The notes below the pieces were generated by a model, which searched no databases, had not been told where the DNA came from, and saw nothing but the letters and a program-made list of their open reading frames with translations. The position numbers were made by a program, and so were the translations under genes. Of a stretch of 33,248 nt of DNA, positions 15,509 through 23,764 are shown piece after piece. The stretch's first letter is position 1; each line of letters starts with the position of its first letter. The stretch is from Candidatus Iainarchaeum sp. (GTDB taxonomy: Archaea > Iainarchaeota > Iainarchaeia > Iainarchaeales > JAFCFF01): assembly GCA_017608775.1 (NCBI GenBank), contig JAFCFF010000001.1:1-33248 (forward strand), written 5' to 3'.

Positions 15509-16612
15509 GTGTTTGATGTGGAAGCAAAAATAAAAGAGATTATAAACAACCTCTCAAAACAATTTAACCTAAGAAAACCAGATAGGGAAAAGCTTAAAAA
15601 AATCGTTCTTGAGGATTATAGGAAAAGGTTTGTTCATTATGGAGAGGCTGTTGGTCAGGTTTCAGCACAAAGCATGGGAGAGCCTGGAACCCAGATGACG
15701 TTAAGAACAAAACACAGGGCTGGTGCCAAGGAGTTTTCAATAGGATCTGGAATTCAAAGGGCAAAGGAAATTGTTGACGCAAGAAAAACAATAAAGTATC
15801 CATCTATGGTTATCCATCTTAAGGGAGAGCTTGCAAGGGACGAAAGAAAGGCAAGAAAATTCGCCAACAACCTTCTTGAGATAAGGGTAAGGGATATAGC
15901 AAACATAAAAGAAAACTTTGAGGAGAAAAAAGTTGAGATTGTTTTTAGCAAGGACGCGATAAAAGAAAGGTGGCTTAGGATAGAGGAGGTAATTGACAAG
16001 GTAGCTGAAAAAATAAAGGGAAGGGTAAGAAAAAATTTTGATAAGGGCACAATAAGGATTCATTACAACGACAAGTTTTCCTTGCTAAAAATAAGAAAGG
16101 AAGTAAATAGAATAAAAAACACAAAATTACAGGGCATAAAAAACATAGAGGGAGTGCTTGTTGTAAAAGAAGGAAATGAATATGTTATAAAAACAAGAGG
16201 TACAAACCTAAAGGCAATTCTGAAGCTAGAGGATATAGATGAAACAAAAACAATAAGTAATGATATGTTTGAGATATATGCTGCCTTTGGTATTGAGGCT
16301 GCAAGGAACGCAATCATAAAAGAACTAAGCAGGGTTTATGGCGAGGAAGTAACGGTTGACATAAGACATGTTCTTCTTTTGGCGGATACGATGACATTTA
16401 CCGGAGAGATAAAAGGTATTGCAAGAACAGGTATAAACAAGTTAAAACATTCCCCTTTAGCAAGAGCTGCGTTTGAGGAGACCATAAAACATCTTATGGA
16501 GGCGGCTTTCCTGAACGAGGAAGAAAGAATAAGGGGGGTTGTTGCAAATATAATAGTTGGGCAACCAATAAAAATAGGGACAGGTAGAATAAAGTTGATG
16601 ATGAAAGGGTGA
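15509..16612 (+). CDS. rpoA2: DNA-directed RNA polymerase subunit A'' (Rpo1C)
   Basis: Trigger-loop block GEPGTQMTLRTKHRAG. Follows A' with no gap. The start is GTG 15509 or in-frame GTG 15518, which is better spaced from aGGTGt. Confidence 0.95.
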   Translation: MFDVEAKIKEIINNLSKQFNLRKPDREKLKKIVLEDYRKRFVHYGEAVGQVSAQSMGEPGTQMTLRTKHRAGAKEFSIGSGIQRAKEIVDARKTIKYPSMVIHLKGELARDERKARKFANNLLEIRVRDIANIKENFEEKKVEIVFSKDAIKERWLRIEEVIDKVAEKIKGRVRKNFDKGTIRIHYNDKFSLLKIRKEVNRIKNTKLQGIKNIEGVLVVKEGNEYVIKTRGTNLKAILKLEDIDETKTISNDMFEIYAAFGIEAARNAIIKELSRVYGEEVTVDIRHVLLLADTMTFTGEIKGIARTGINKLKHSPLARAAFEETIKHLMEAAFLNEEERIRGVVANIIVGQPIKIGTGRIKLMMKG

Positions 16613-16616
16613 TTTA

Positions 16617-16925
16617 TTGGATTTGAAGACAGAGATAAGAAAAGCAGTTGATTCAGGCGAGGTTTTTTTTGGTTTTAACAACGCCCTAAAACTCCTTCAA
16701 GAAGAGAAAGCACAAGTAGTTGTTGTATCAAACAACATCGAAGAGGAAAGAAAAAAGGATCTAAGCCTTGCTGGAAAAGAAAAAATAATAGAATTTCCTG
16801 GAGACAACAACGATTTGGGAAGAGTTTGTGGAAAACCTTTTGCAATATCAACACTTGCTATAACAAAGCTGGGAAAATCAAAGATTATGGGGTTTGTGGG
16901 GGGAGAAAATGAAAATAGGAAATGA
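16617..16925 (+). CDS. rpl30e: Ribosomal protein eL30
   Basis: EIRKAVDSGEVFFGFNNALKLL...VVVVSNN...LGRVCGKPFAISTLAI. TTG start 4 nt after GTGA. Canonical position after rpoA''. Confidence 0.9.
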   Translation: MDLKTEIRKAVDSGEVFFGFNNALKLLQEEKAQVVVVSNNIEEERKKDLSLAGKEKIIEFPGDNNDLGRVCGKPFAISTLAITKLGKSKIMGFVGGENENRK

Positions 16926-17298
16926 GGATTTGCAGCTAACACAAGCGTTTACAATGGTCTCAAAAATATCACCAAATCTTGCTTTTAAGCACAACGGAGA
17001 GGCTTTTTTTATGTTAGACGAAAGATTTTACAGAAAATCTGTTTCACTTCTTGAGAAAATTAAGGAAAAACTTAAAAACAATGTCTATCTCTTTAAATAC
17101 AGCAAGAACGCAGAGGAGTTTTTCCTAAAGAACTTTAACATAAACAACGGAAAAACAAAACTAGAGGAAAAAAATCTTATGGTTTTTTTGGATTATGAAA
17201 CAAAAAACAAAATTGTTAGAAGTCTGAAGTTCAAAAAAGCAAAGATAGTTTTAGAGAGAGTTTTTGATGTTAAGGATGTAACAGTAAGGGGGATTTGA
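16909..17298 (+). CDS. nusA: NusA-like protein (archaeal two-KH-type size and position, GXXG motifs not detectable)
   Basis: 129 aa from ATG 16909 (GGGGGGA SD; overlaps the eL30 end by 17 nt). It sits in the conserved eL30-NusA-uS12 slot. Its N-terminal pattern EDLQLTQAF matches my recollection of archaeal NusA. Confidence 0.6.
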   Translation: MKIGNEDLQLTQAFTMVSKISPNLAFKHNGEAFFMLDERFYRKSVSLLEKIKEKLKNNVYLFKYSKNAEEFFLKNFNINNGKTKLEEKNLMVFLDYETKNKIVRSLKFKKAKIVLERVFDVKDVTVRGI

Positions 17299-17726
17299 TG
17301 GGAAAGGGTTTGTTTTCAGCAAGAAAGTTGATGAAAGACAAGAAAAAATGGAGATGGAAAGACAGGAGATACAAGGTAAGAATGAAAAGACTGCGTTTAA
17401 GGTTTGATCCCTTGGAGGGAGCCCCACAGGCAAGAGCGATTGTGCTCCTAAAAAGACCTGTTGAGGCAAAACAACCAAACTCTGGCCTAAGAAAAGCAGT
17501 TAGGGTACAGCTCATAAAGAACGGGAGACAGATAACAGCTCTAGCTCCAAGAGATGGGGCAATTAAATTTATCAACGAACATGATGAGGTTGTGATTGAA
17601 AGTATAGGAGGGGCACAGGGAGGGGCAATGGGAGATCTCTGGGGAGTCAAGTACAAGGTTGTCAAGGTCAACAAACAAAGCTTGGAGCAGTTAAGAAAGG
17701 GGAAGATCGAGAAGATAAAGAGGTGA
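17298..17726 (+). CDS. rps12: Ribosomal protein uS12
   Basis: [49 protein letters not shown]. Confidence 0.96.
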   Translation: MGKGLFSARKLMKDKKKWRWKDRRYKVRMKRLRLRFDPLEGAPQARAIVLLKRPVEAKQPNSGLRKAVRVQLIKNGRQITALAPRDGAIKFINEHDEVVIESIGGAQGGAMGDLWGVKYKVVKVNKQSLEQLRKGKIEKIKR

Positions 17727-17730
17727 TTTT

Positions 17731-18333
17731 ACGGTTAAGATATTTGGAAAATGGGAGAGCTCTGAGGTTGTTGTAAAAGATCCTGGGCTTGCAAAATACA
17801 TAAGCTTTGACAAACTTGAAATTCCTCACACTTTTGGAAAATATCAAAAAAAACAGTTTTGGAAAAAAAATATTGGGATTGTTGAAAGGCTTGTGAACAA
17901 GTTGATGAGATCTGGCCAGGGCAAGAGAAAGTTATCTGGAAAATATATGAGAACCAGAAAAGCCACAGGACAAAAAATAAATTCTCTGAAAATTGTTGAA
18001 AAGGCATTTGAAAAAATAGAAAAAGAAAAAAAACAAAATCCTATTCAAGTCTATATAGCTGCGATTGAGAATTCCGCACCAAGGGAGGACACAACAAGGA
18101 TAAGAAGAGGGGGGGTGGTCACGCCCATTTCTGTTGATGTCTCTTCCCTAAAAAGATTGGATGAGGCGATAAAAAACATTGCCTTGGCTGCGTTTGCAGA
18201 AAGCTTTAAGTCAAGGACAAGGGTGGAGGATGCCTTAGCAAAGGAAATTATCCTGGCAGCAGGTGGAGACGCAAGTAGCTATGCCATAAAAAGAAAAAAC
18301 GAGATAGAAAGGATTGCAAGAGCATCAAGATAG
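17731..18333 (+). CDS. rps7: Ribosomal protein uS7, apparently with a non-canonical (ACG) start
   Basis: The conserved N-terminal segment VKIFGKWESSEVVVKDPGLAKYISFDKLEIPHTFGKYQKKQFWKKNIGIVERLVNKLM lies in frame upstream of the track start (GTG 17893). No ATG/GTG/TTG occurs between the upstream stop (17716-17718) and 17893. ACG 17731 lies 4 nt after a GGTGA SD. Confidence 0.85.
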   Translation, partial: TVKIFGKWESSEVVVKDPGLAKYISFDKLEIPHTFGKYQKKQFWKKNIGIVERLVNKLMRSGQGKRKLSGKYMRTRKATGQKINSLKIVEKAFEKIEKEKKQNPIQVYIAAIENSAPREDTTRIRRGGVVTPISVDVSSLKRLDEAIKNIALAAFAESFKSRTRVEDALAKEIILAAGGDASSYAIKRKNEIERIARASR

Positions 18334-18425
18334 TTTTGCCTTATTTTCCAAGGCTTAACTTTTAAAAGTTTTTAAGTTGTTTTAATTTATTCTATTTTAA
18401 GAAGAAAAAATGTTTTGTGGTGTAA

Positions 18426-20609
18426 ATGGTAAAAAAAGAAAAAGTTGTTGAGATTGCGGAAAAACTAATGCATAACCAAAAAAACATAAGAAACATAGGA
18501 ATCATAGCACACATCGACCATGGAAAGTCAACAATGACAGATTCTCTGGTCGCTGTCGCAGGGCTAATAAGTGAGGAGCTTGCCGGAAAACAACTTTATA
18601 CAGACTTTTATGAGTTGGAACAGCAAAGGGGGGTAACGATATTTTCAGCAAATATAAGCATTCCATATAAATATGAGGGAGATCAATACCTAATTAACCT
18701 GATAGATACCCCAGGGCACCTAGATTTTGTTGGGGAGGTTATAAGAGCTCTGAGGGCAGTTGATGGAGTAATTCTGCTTGTGGATGCTGTTGAGGGAGTT
18801 ATGCCACAAACAGAAACTGTTTTGACAAGAGCCTTGGCAGAACACGTTAAACCTGTTTTGTTGATAAACAAAGTTGATAGGCTTTTCAAGGAGTTACAAC
18901 TCACGGACGAGCAGATGCAAGAAAGATTTATAAAAATTATAACTGAGGTTAACAAATTAATAAAGACAAATCAGCCAAAAGGGGCTGACTGGACAGTGAG
19001 TATTCAGGATGGCTCTGTTTCCTTTGGGTCTGGAATTCAAAAATGGGCGGTAAGCATAGAAACAATGAAAAAAAACAACATAACCTTTAAGGACATCGCA
19101 GAATACCTGAGGAAAGAAAAGATAAGGGAGCTATCAAAAAAAAGCCCGTTACACGAAGCAATTACTGAAATGGTAATAAAGCACTTACCAAACCCGGTTG
19201 ATGCCCAAAAATATAGAATTCCCGTGATATGGAAAGGGGATTTGGAGGGAAATGTTGGAAAAGACCTGCTTAACTGCAACGCTGATGGGGCTCCTGTCTT
19301 TATGGTCACAAAGGTTTTGGTCGACCCACACGCAGGGGATATCGCAGTTGGGAGGGTTTATTCAGGAACACTAAAACAAGGGCTAAAACTAAAGTTTGCT
19401 GGAATTTCAAAAGAGGTAAATATCCAACAAGTAGGGGTGTATATCGCAGATGAGAGAATTCCAACAGAACAGGTTCCGGCTGGAAACATTGCCTATATCG
19501 TTGGGCTAAGAGAGGCGCTTGCAGGAGATACCTTGTCAACAGAGGACATAAGTCCTTTTGAGGGATTTATGGGAGAGATTGAACCAGTTATCAGCATTTC
19601 GGTTGAGGCAAAACATCCAAAAGATCTTCCAAAGCTGATAGAGGTACTAAAACAAATAACAAAAGAAGAACCACAAATTAAAACAGAGCTTAATCAGGAA
19701 ACAGGAGAACACATAGTTTCTGCTATTGGTGACTTTCAGCTAGAAATTGTTGAACATAGAATAAAAAAAGATCGCGGTCTTGAGATAATAACATCAAACC
19801 CAATCGTTGTCTACAGAGAAACAATAGAAAAGGAAAGCCCGGAAATACTGGGAAAAAGCCCAAACAAACACAACAAATATTTGTTACACCTGGAAAAACT
19901 AGACAAAAAACTAAAAGAGGGCTTAAAGAAATTTCATTCAGAGGGAAAAATTAAAGCAGACAAGGATTTTATTGAGAGAATGATTGAAATTGGTTTTGAC
20001 AGAGACACGGCAAAAAGAACCTGGGCAATTTACAAAGACAATATTCTGATTAACAATACAAGAGGAATTGTTCAGCTGGAGGAAAATAAGGAGTTGATCA
20101 TCCAGGGTTTTTTAGTGGCTATGAAAGAAGGGCCTCTTGCCAAAGAAAAGGCATCTGGAATATTGGTTTCACTGAACGATGCAAACCTACACGAGGACGC
20201 AATTCATAGAGGACCAGCCCAGACAATACCTGCGATATCAAGGGCAATATATGCTGGAATGTTGCTGGCAAACGCAAAAATACTAGAACCAAAACAAAGA
20301 ATTAGCCTAACTGTCCCAAATGACTTTGTTGGAGGGGTTACAAAGGAATTAAGTTCAAGAAGAGCACATATCCTTGAGATGCGAACTGAGGGAGACCAAA
20401 CCTTTGTTATCGCAAAAGCACCTGTCAAGGAAATGATCGGCTTTGCAAACTCAGTAAGAAGCGCAACGCAGGGAAGGGCGGTATGGACAGCGGAATACGC
20501 CGGTTATGAACCCCTACCAAAAGACTTACAAAATAAAGTTATTGAGGAAATAAGAAAAAGAAAGGGGCTGGACCCAAGGCCAAAACCTGCGGAATACTAT
20601 ATGGACTAA
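18426..20609 (+). CDS. fusA: Translation elongation factor aEF-2
   Basis: G-domain motifs AHIDHGKST, DTPGH and NKVD. Diphthamide-site sequence HEDAIHRGPAQ. 727 aa. Confidence 0.97.
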   Translation: MVKKEKVVEIAEKLMHNQKNIRNIGIIAHIDHGKSTMTDSLVAVAGLISEELAGKQLYTDFYELEQQRGVTIFSANISIPYKYEGDQYLINLIDTPGHLDFVGEVIRALRAVDGVILLVDAVEGVMPQTETVLTRALAEHVKPVLLINKVDRLFKELQLTDEQMQERFIKIITEVNKLIKTNQPKGADWTVSIQDGSVSFGSGIQKWAVSIETMKKNNITFKDIAEYLRKEKIRELSKKSPLHEAITEMVIKHLPNPVDAQKYRIPVIWKGDLEGNVGKDLLNCNADGAPVFMVTKVLVDPHAGDIAVGRVYSGTLKQGLKLKFAGISKEVNIQQVGVYIADERIPTEQVPAGNIAYIVGLREALAGDTLSTEDISPFEGFMGEIEPVISISVEAKHPKDLPKLIEVLKQITKEEPQIKTELNQETGEHIVSAIGDFQLEIVEHRIKKDRGLEIITSNPIVVYRETIEKESPEILGKSPNKHNKYLLHLEKLDKKLKEGLKKFHSEGKIKADKDFIERMIEIGFDRDTAKRTWAIYKDNILINNTRGIVQLEENKELIIQGFLVAMKEGPLAKEKASGILVSLNDANLHEDAIHRGPAQTIPAISRAIYAGMLLANAKILEPKQRISLTVPNDFVGGVTKELSSRRAHILEMRTEGDQTFVIAKAPVKEMIGFANSVRSATQGRAVWTAEYAGYEPLPKDLQNKVIEEIRKRKGLDPRPKPAEYYMD

Positions 20610-20771
20610 CAACCAAACAAGAAACAACCAAACAAAAAATTTTATTTTTTCATAAATAAAAAAGAATGTTTTTAAATTAAACGCTTTAAACTTATAAATA
20701 AGCCCTGTAGGGGCGTGTAATCTATAACTACATTTAATTATGTTTTAATTGTGCTTTGAGGAGGTTGTTAT

Positions 20772-22037
20772 ATGGCAGAAAAACCACGCATAAATCTTGT
20801 CTTTATAGGACACGTAGATCATGGAAAGTCCACTCTTGTTGGAAGAGTTCTCTACGACTCTGGCTCCTTGTCCGAGCAGGAGTATAGAAGACTACAGCAA
20901 GAAGCCGAGGCAAAGGGAAGAGGAACATTTGCGTTTGCTTTTGTTATGGACAAGCTAAAGGAGGAAAGAGAAAGAGGGATAACAATAGACGTTAGCTATA
21001 AGGAGTTTGAAACCCCACATAACAGGTTTACCATAATAGATGCTCCAGGACACAGAGACTTTGTCAAAAATATGATCACAGGAGCAAGTCAGGCAGATGC
21101 GGCAATTCTTGTTGTTGCAGCAAAGGAAGGCGTTATGCCACAAACAAAAGAACACTCCTTTCTTGCAAAGGTTATGGGAATAAACCAGATAATCGTTGCC
21201 ATAAACAAGATGGATGAAGTCAACTACGACAAGGCAAAATACGAGGAAGTTAAGAAAAATGTTGGAAAACTTCTAAGTAGCCTAGGATATAAAATTGATA
21301 ATATTCCTTTTGTTCCTGTAAGTGCCTGGATAGGAGACAACGTTGTCAAGAAAAGCGATAAGTTATCTTGGTGGACAGAGGGAACCTTCTTTGAATTCCT
21401 AGATAAGTTAGAGGCTCCTGAACAGCCGATTGATAAGCCCCTGAGAATTCCCATTCAAGATGTCTATAACATAAAGGGGGTAGGAACCGTACCTGTTGGG
21501 AGAGTTGAAACAGGAGTTCTTAGACCAGGAGACAAGATTGTTGTTATGCCTTACAAGAAAACAGGAGAGGTAAAAACAATAGAAGCTCATCATCAACAAC
21601 TTCCTGACGCAAAGCCAGGAGATAACATTGGATTCAACGTCAGGGGTATTGGAAAAGAAGATATCAGAAGAGGGGATGTTGTTGGAAAGGAAGATAACCC
21701 TCCAAAAGTTGTGGATGAGTTTACAGCACAAATTCAGGTCTTAGATCATCCGTCAGCAATAAGTGTAGGATACACTCCTGTGTTCCACTTGCACACTGCA
21801 CAGCAAAGCATGAAGTTTGTTGAACTTGTAAAAAAGCTAGACCCAAGAACAGGAGAGACAACAGAAGAAAACCCTAAGTTTCTGCAGGCAGGAGACGCTG
21901 CAATTGTAAAGATAAAGCCAACACAGCCTTTGAGTGCAGAGAAATACAGCGAGTTTCCTAGCCTAGGAAGGTTTGCCATAAGAGATTCCGGAAAAACAGT
22001 TGCTGCAGGAATCATAACAGAAATAAAGGAGAAGTAA
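20772..22037 (+). CDS. tuf: Translation elongation factor aEF-1 alpha
   Basis: [28 protein letters not shown] 7 nt upstream of the ATG. Confidence 0.97.
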   Translation: MAEKPRINLVFIGHVDHGKSTLVGRVLYDSGSLSEQEYRRLQQEAEAKGRGTFAFAFVMDKLKEERERGITIDVSYKEFETPHNRFTIIDAPGHRDFVKNMITGASQADAAILVVAAKEGVMPQTKEHSFLAKVMGINQIIVAINKMDEVNYDKAKYEEVKKNVGKLLSSLGYKIDNIPFVPVSAWIGDNVVKKSDKLSWWTEGTFFEFLDKLEAPEQPIDKPLRIPIQDVYNIKGVGTVPVGRVETGVLRPGDKIVVMPYKKTGEVKTIEAHHQQLPDAKPGDNIGFNVRGIGKEDIRRGDVVGKEDNPPKVVDEFTAQIQVLDHPSAISVGYTPVFHLHTAQQSMKFVELVKKLDPRTGETTEENPKFLQAGDAAIVKIKPTQPLSAEKYSEFPSLGRFAIRDSGKTVAAGIITEIKEK

Positions 22038-22124
22038 AACTTCTTCTTTTTAATTTTTTTGTTTTTAAAAAACTTTGTTTTTAAAAGACTTTTGCTTTTA
22101 AAAGTCTTGGCCAGAGGTTTTGAG

Positions 22125-22439
22125 ATGCAGGTAGTAAGAATAAAGCTAAGCTCAGCAAACTATGAAACGTTGGAAAGAATAACAAAGCAGATGATAGACA
22201 TAATAAAAAGAGCTGGTGTTAAGTACTCTGGTCCTGTTCCGCTACCAACCAAAGAGCTGATTATACCAACAAGAAAAAGTATGTCTGGTGGTGGTACTGA
22301 AAGTTATGAAAGATGGAAGATGAGAATTCATAAAAGACTTATAGATATGAACATGGATGACAGGGTTTTGAAACACATTCTAAGGATTGAAATTCCTGCC
22401 GAGATTGAGATTGAGATAAGCTTAAAGGAAAAAGAGTAG
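22125..22439 (+). CDS. rps10: Ribosomal protein uS10
   Basis: MQVVRIKLSSANYETLERI...GPVPLPTKEL...HKRLIDM. GAGGT SD before ATG 22125. The track start at 22059 adds an unlikely hydrophobic leader. Confidence 0.93.
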   Translation: MQVVRIKLSSANYETLERITKQMIDIIKRAGVKYSGPVPLPTKELIIPTRKSMSGGGTESYERWKMRIHKRLIDMNMDDRVLKHILRIEIPAEIEIEISLKEKE

Positions 22440-22491
22440 TTCAAGGAATTAGATTTAAATTATAAATTCCTATAACTTCTTATTGTTTTAA

Positions 22492-22917
22492 ATGGAAAAG
22501 TTTGAGTTTATAGAACATGAGGGAGAGGCAGCCTTCAAGGCTTACGGGAAAAGCTTGGAAGAGGTTTTCAAGAACGCTGCTTTTGCACTGGCAAGTGTTA
22601 TGTTCTCCCAAAAAAACATAGATGAGAAAAAAACCGAGGAGATTTTTGTTGTTGCTCCTGACAAGGAATGGCTCTTGCAGGAATTTCTTCAGGAGGTTAT
22701 GCTGGTTATTGAGGGGAAAAACTTTGTTTTTAAAAACATGGACTTAAAGATAGAGACAAAAAACGAGGCTTACGAGTTAAGGGCAAAGCTGATAGGAGAG
22801 AAAATGGACCCAAAGAGGCATGAGCTGGGAGGGGAAATAAAGGCGATAACCTGGCATGATTTTTACATCAGGGAAAAAAACGGAAACTGGGAGGCAAAAC
22901 TAGTTGTGGATGTTTGA
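22492..22917 (+). CDS. Archease (RtcB activator)
   Basis: FEFIEHEGEAAFKAYGKSLEEVFKNAAFAL at the N-terminus and GEIKAITWHDFYI...WEAKLVVDV at the C-terminus. The usual DHTAD-type N-terminal motif reads EHEGE here. Confidence 0.85.
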   Translation: MEKFEFIEHEGEAAFKAYGKSLEEVFKNAAFALASVMFSQKNIDEKKTEEIFVVAPDKEWLLQEFLQEVMLVIEGKNFVFKNMDLKIETKNEAYELRAKLIGEKMDPKRHELGGEIKAITWHDFYIREKNGNWEAKLVVDV

Positions 22918-22933
22918 CATTGAAAAACAGATT

Positions 22934-22967
22934 TAACTATTGTGTGGAAATAACTATTGTGTGGAAA
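22934..22967. repeat. Perfect 17-bp tandem duplication TAACTATTGTGTGGAAA x2
   Basis: 22934-22950 equals 22951-22967. The second copy carries the last codons and stop (22954-22956) of the minus-strand gene. Confidence 0.9.
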
Positions 22968-23286
22968 TTCCTATAAGCAAATCTCTCTGTTTTTTGATGA
23001 ACTTCTCAAGCTTTTCTAGCTTCTTTTTATCACCTGGTGAGAGTTTCTTTCCCTGGTTTAGTCTGTCTGCAATAGCATCTAAAAAATCCTGGGCAAGATG
23101 ATTTATTCTTTTTTTGTATGGTATTTGGCTTCTTAGTGTTTTTTCTACAATTGCCTCAAGCACTTTATAATTTTCGTCACTCATATCTGCGATTCTTCCC
23201 TTAAAGTCCTCTATTGTTTTTGAGTGTGGCATTCCCTCATGCAACTCTATTGGCTCTCCCTCCTCAACAAAGAATTCCTCTTCCAT
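22954..23286 (-). CDS. Hypothetical protein, 110 aa (acidic N-terminus, basic helical C-terminus)
   Basis: Clean ORF convergent with archease. No motif recognised. Confidence 0.55.
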   Translation of the reverse strand: MEEEFFVEEGEPIELHEGMPHSKTIEDFKGRIADMSDENYKVLEAIVEKTLRSQIPYKKRINHLAQDFLDAIADRLNQGKKLSPGDKKKLEKLEKFIKKQRDLLIGISTQ

Positions 23287-23337
23287 GATAAATGAAGCAA
23301 GATAAAAAGCTTTTAAATCTTAGTTAAGAAAAAAATC

Positions 23338-23715
23338 TCAGTCAAAGTATTTTTCAACTGTTGCCCTCAAAGACTGGAGAGAATTAAAAGCCTGGCTATT
23401 GGCTGAAAATCTCTTTGCCAACTTACCCAAAACTGTAAGCATCTTTTCCTTAGATATTTTTCTATAGCTTGAAAGAAGAATAAATAGGTGTTGAATGTGT
23501 GTTATCTCGTGTTTCTTCTTTAAAACCTTCTCAAGAAAAGACTCAACAAAAAAAGGAGTTTCGTTTGGTTTTAGGCCCTTTAAAATCAGCATCAACTCGT
23601 CGGCAATCTCCATCCCTCTTTGCTGTATTTGTTGTTTTTTCATCTCAATTCTTCTTTTTTTATCAAATAGTTCCAGAACTCTTTCATGCAGTTTCCTAGG
23701 CATGAAGAAAAGCAA
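23338..23715 (-). CDS. Hypothetical helical protein, 125 aa (121 aa if started at ATG 23703)
   Basis: Clean ORF divergent from rtcB and in tandem with the 110-aa ORF. No motif recognised. Confidence 0.55.
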   Translation of the reverse strand: MLFFMPRKLHERVLELFDKKRRIEMKKQQIQQRGMEIADELMLILKGLKPNETPFFVESFLEKVLKKKHEITHIQHLFILLSSYRKISKEKMLTVLGKLAKRFSANSQAFNSLQSLRATVEKYFD

Positions 23716-23764
23716 ATCTAAGTGTTTAAAAGTTTTTTTAAGTATAAGCTGGGTTTAATTTTAT

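Noticed and set aside
17716-17895. uS7 as a pseudogene or a frameshifted uS12-uS7 fusion
   Set aside because: The uS7 frame is open and conserved over its whole length. Only the initiator codon is non-canonical, and joining it to uS12 would need a +1 shift with no slippery sequence.
22059-22124. Upstream extension of uS10 (MFLKNFVFKRLLLLKVLARGFE)
   Set aside because: This is a hydrophobic non-conserved leader in a T-rich spacer. ATG 22125 has an SD and gives the canonical uS10 N-terminus.
22466-22976. 12-bp direct repeat AAATTCCTATAA flanking the archease gene (22466-22477 and 22965-22976), a possible insertion scar
   Set aside because: A 12-mer match in 33 kb of AT-rich DNA is expected by chance many times over, and there is no other mobile-element hallmark.
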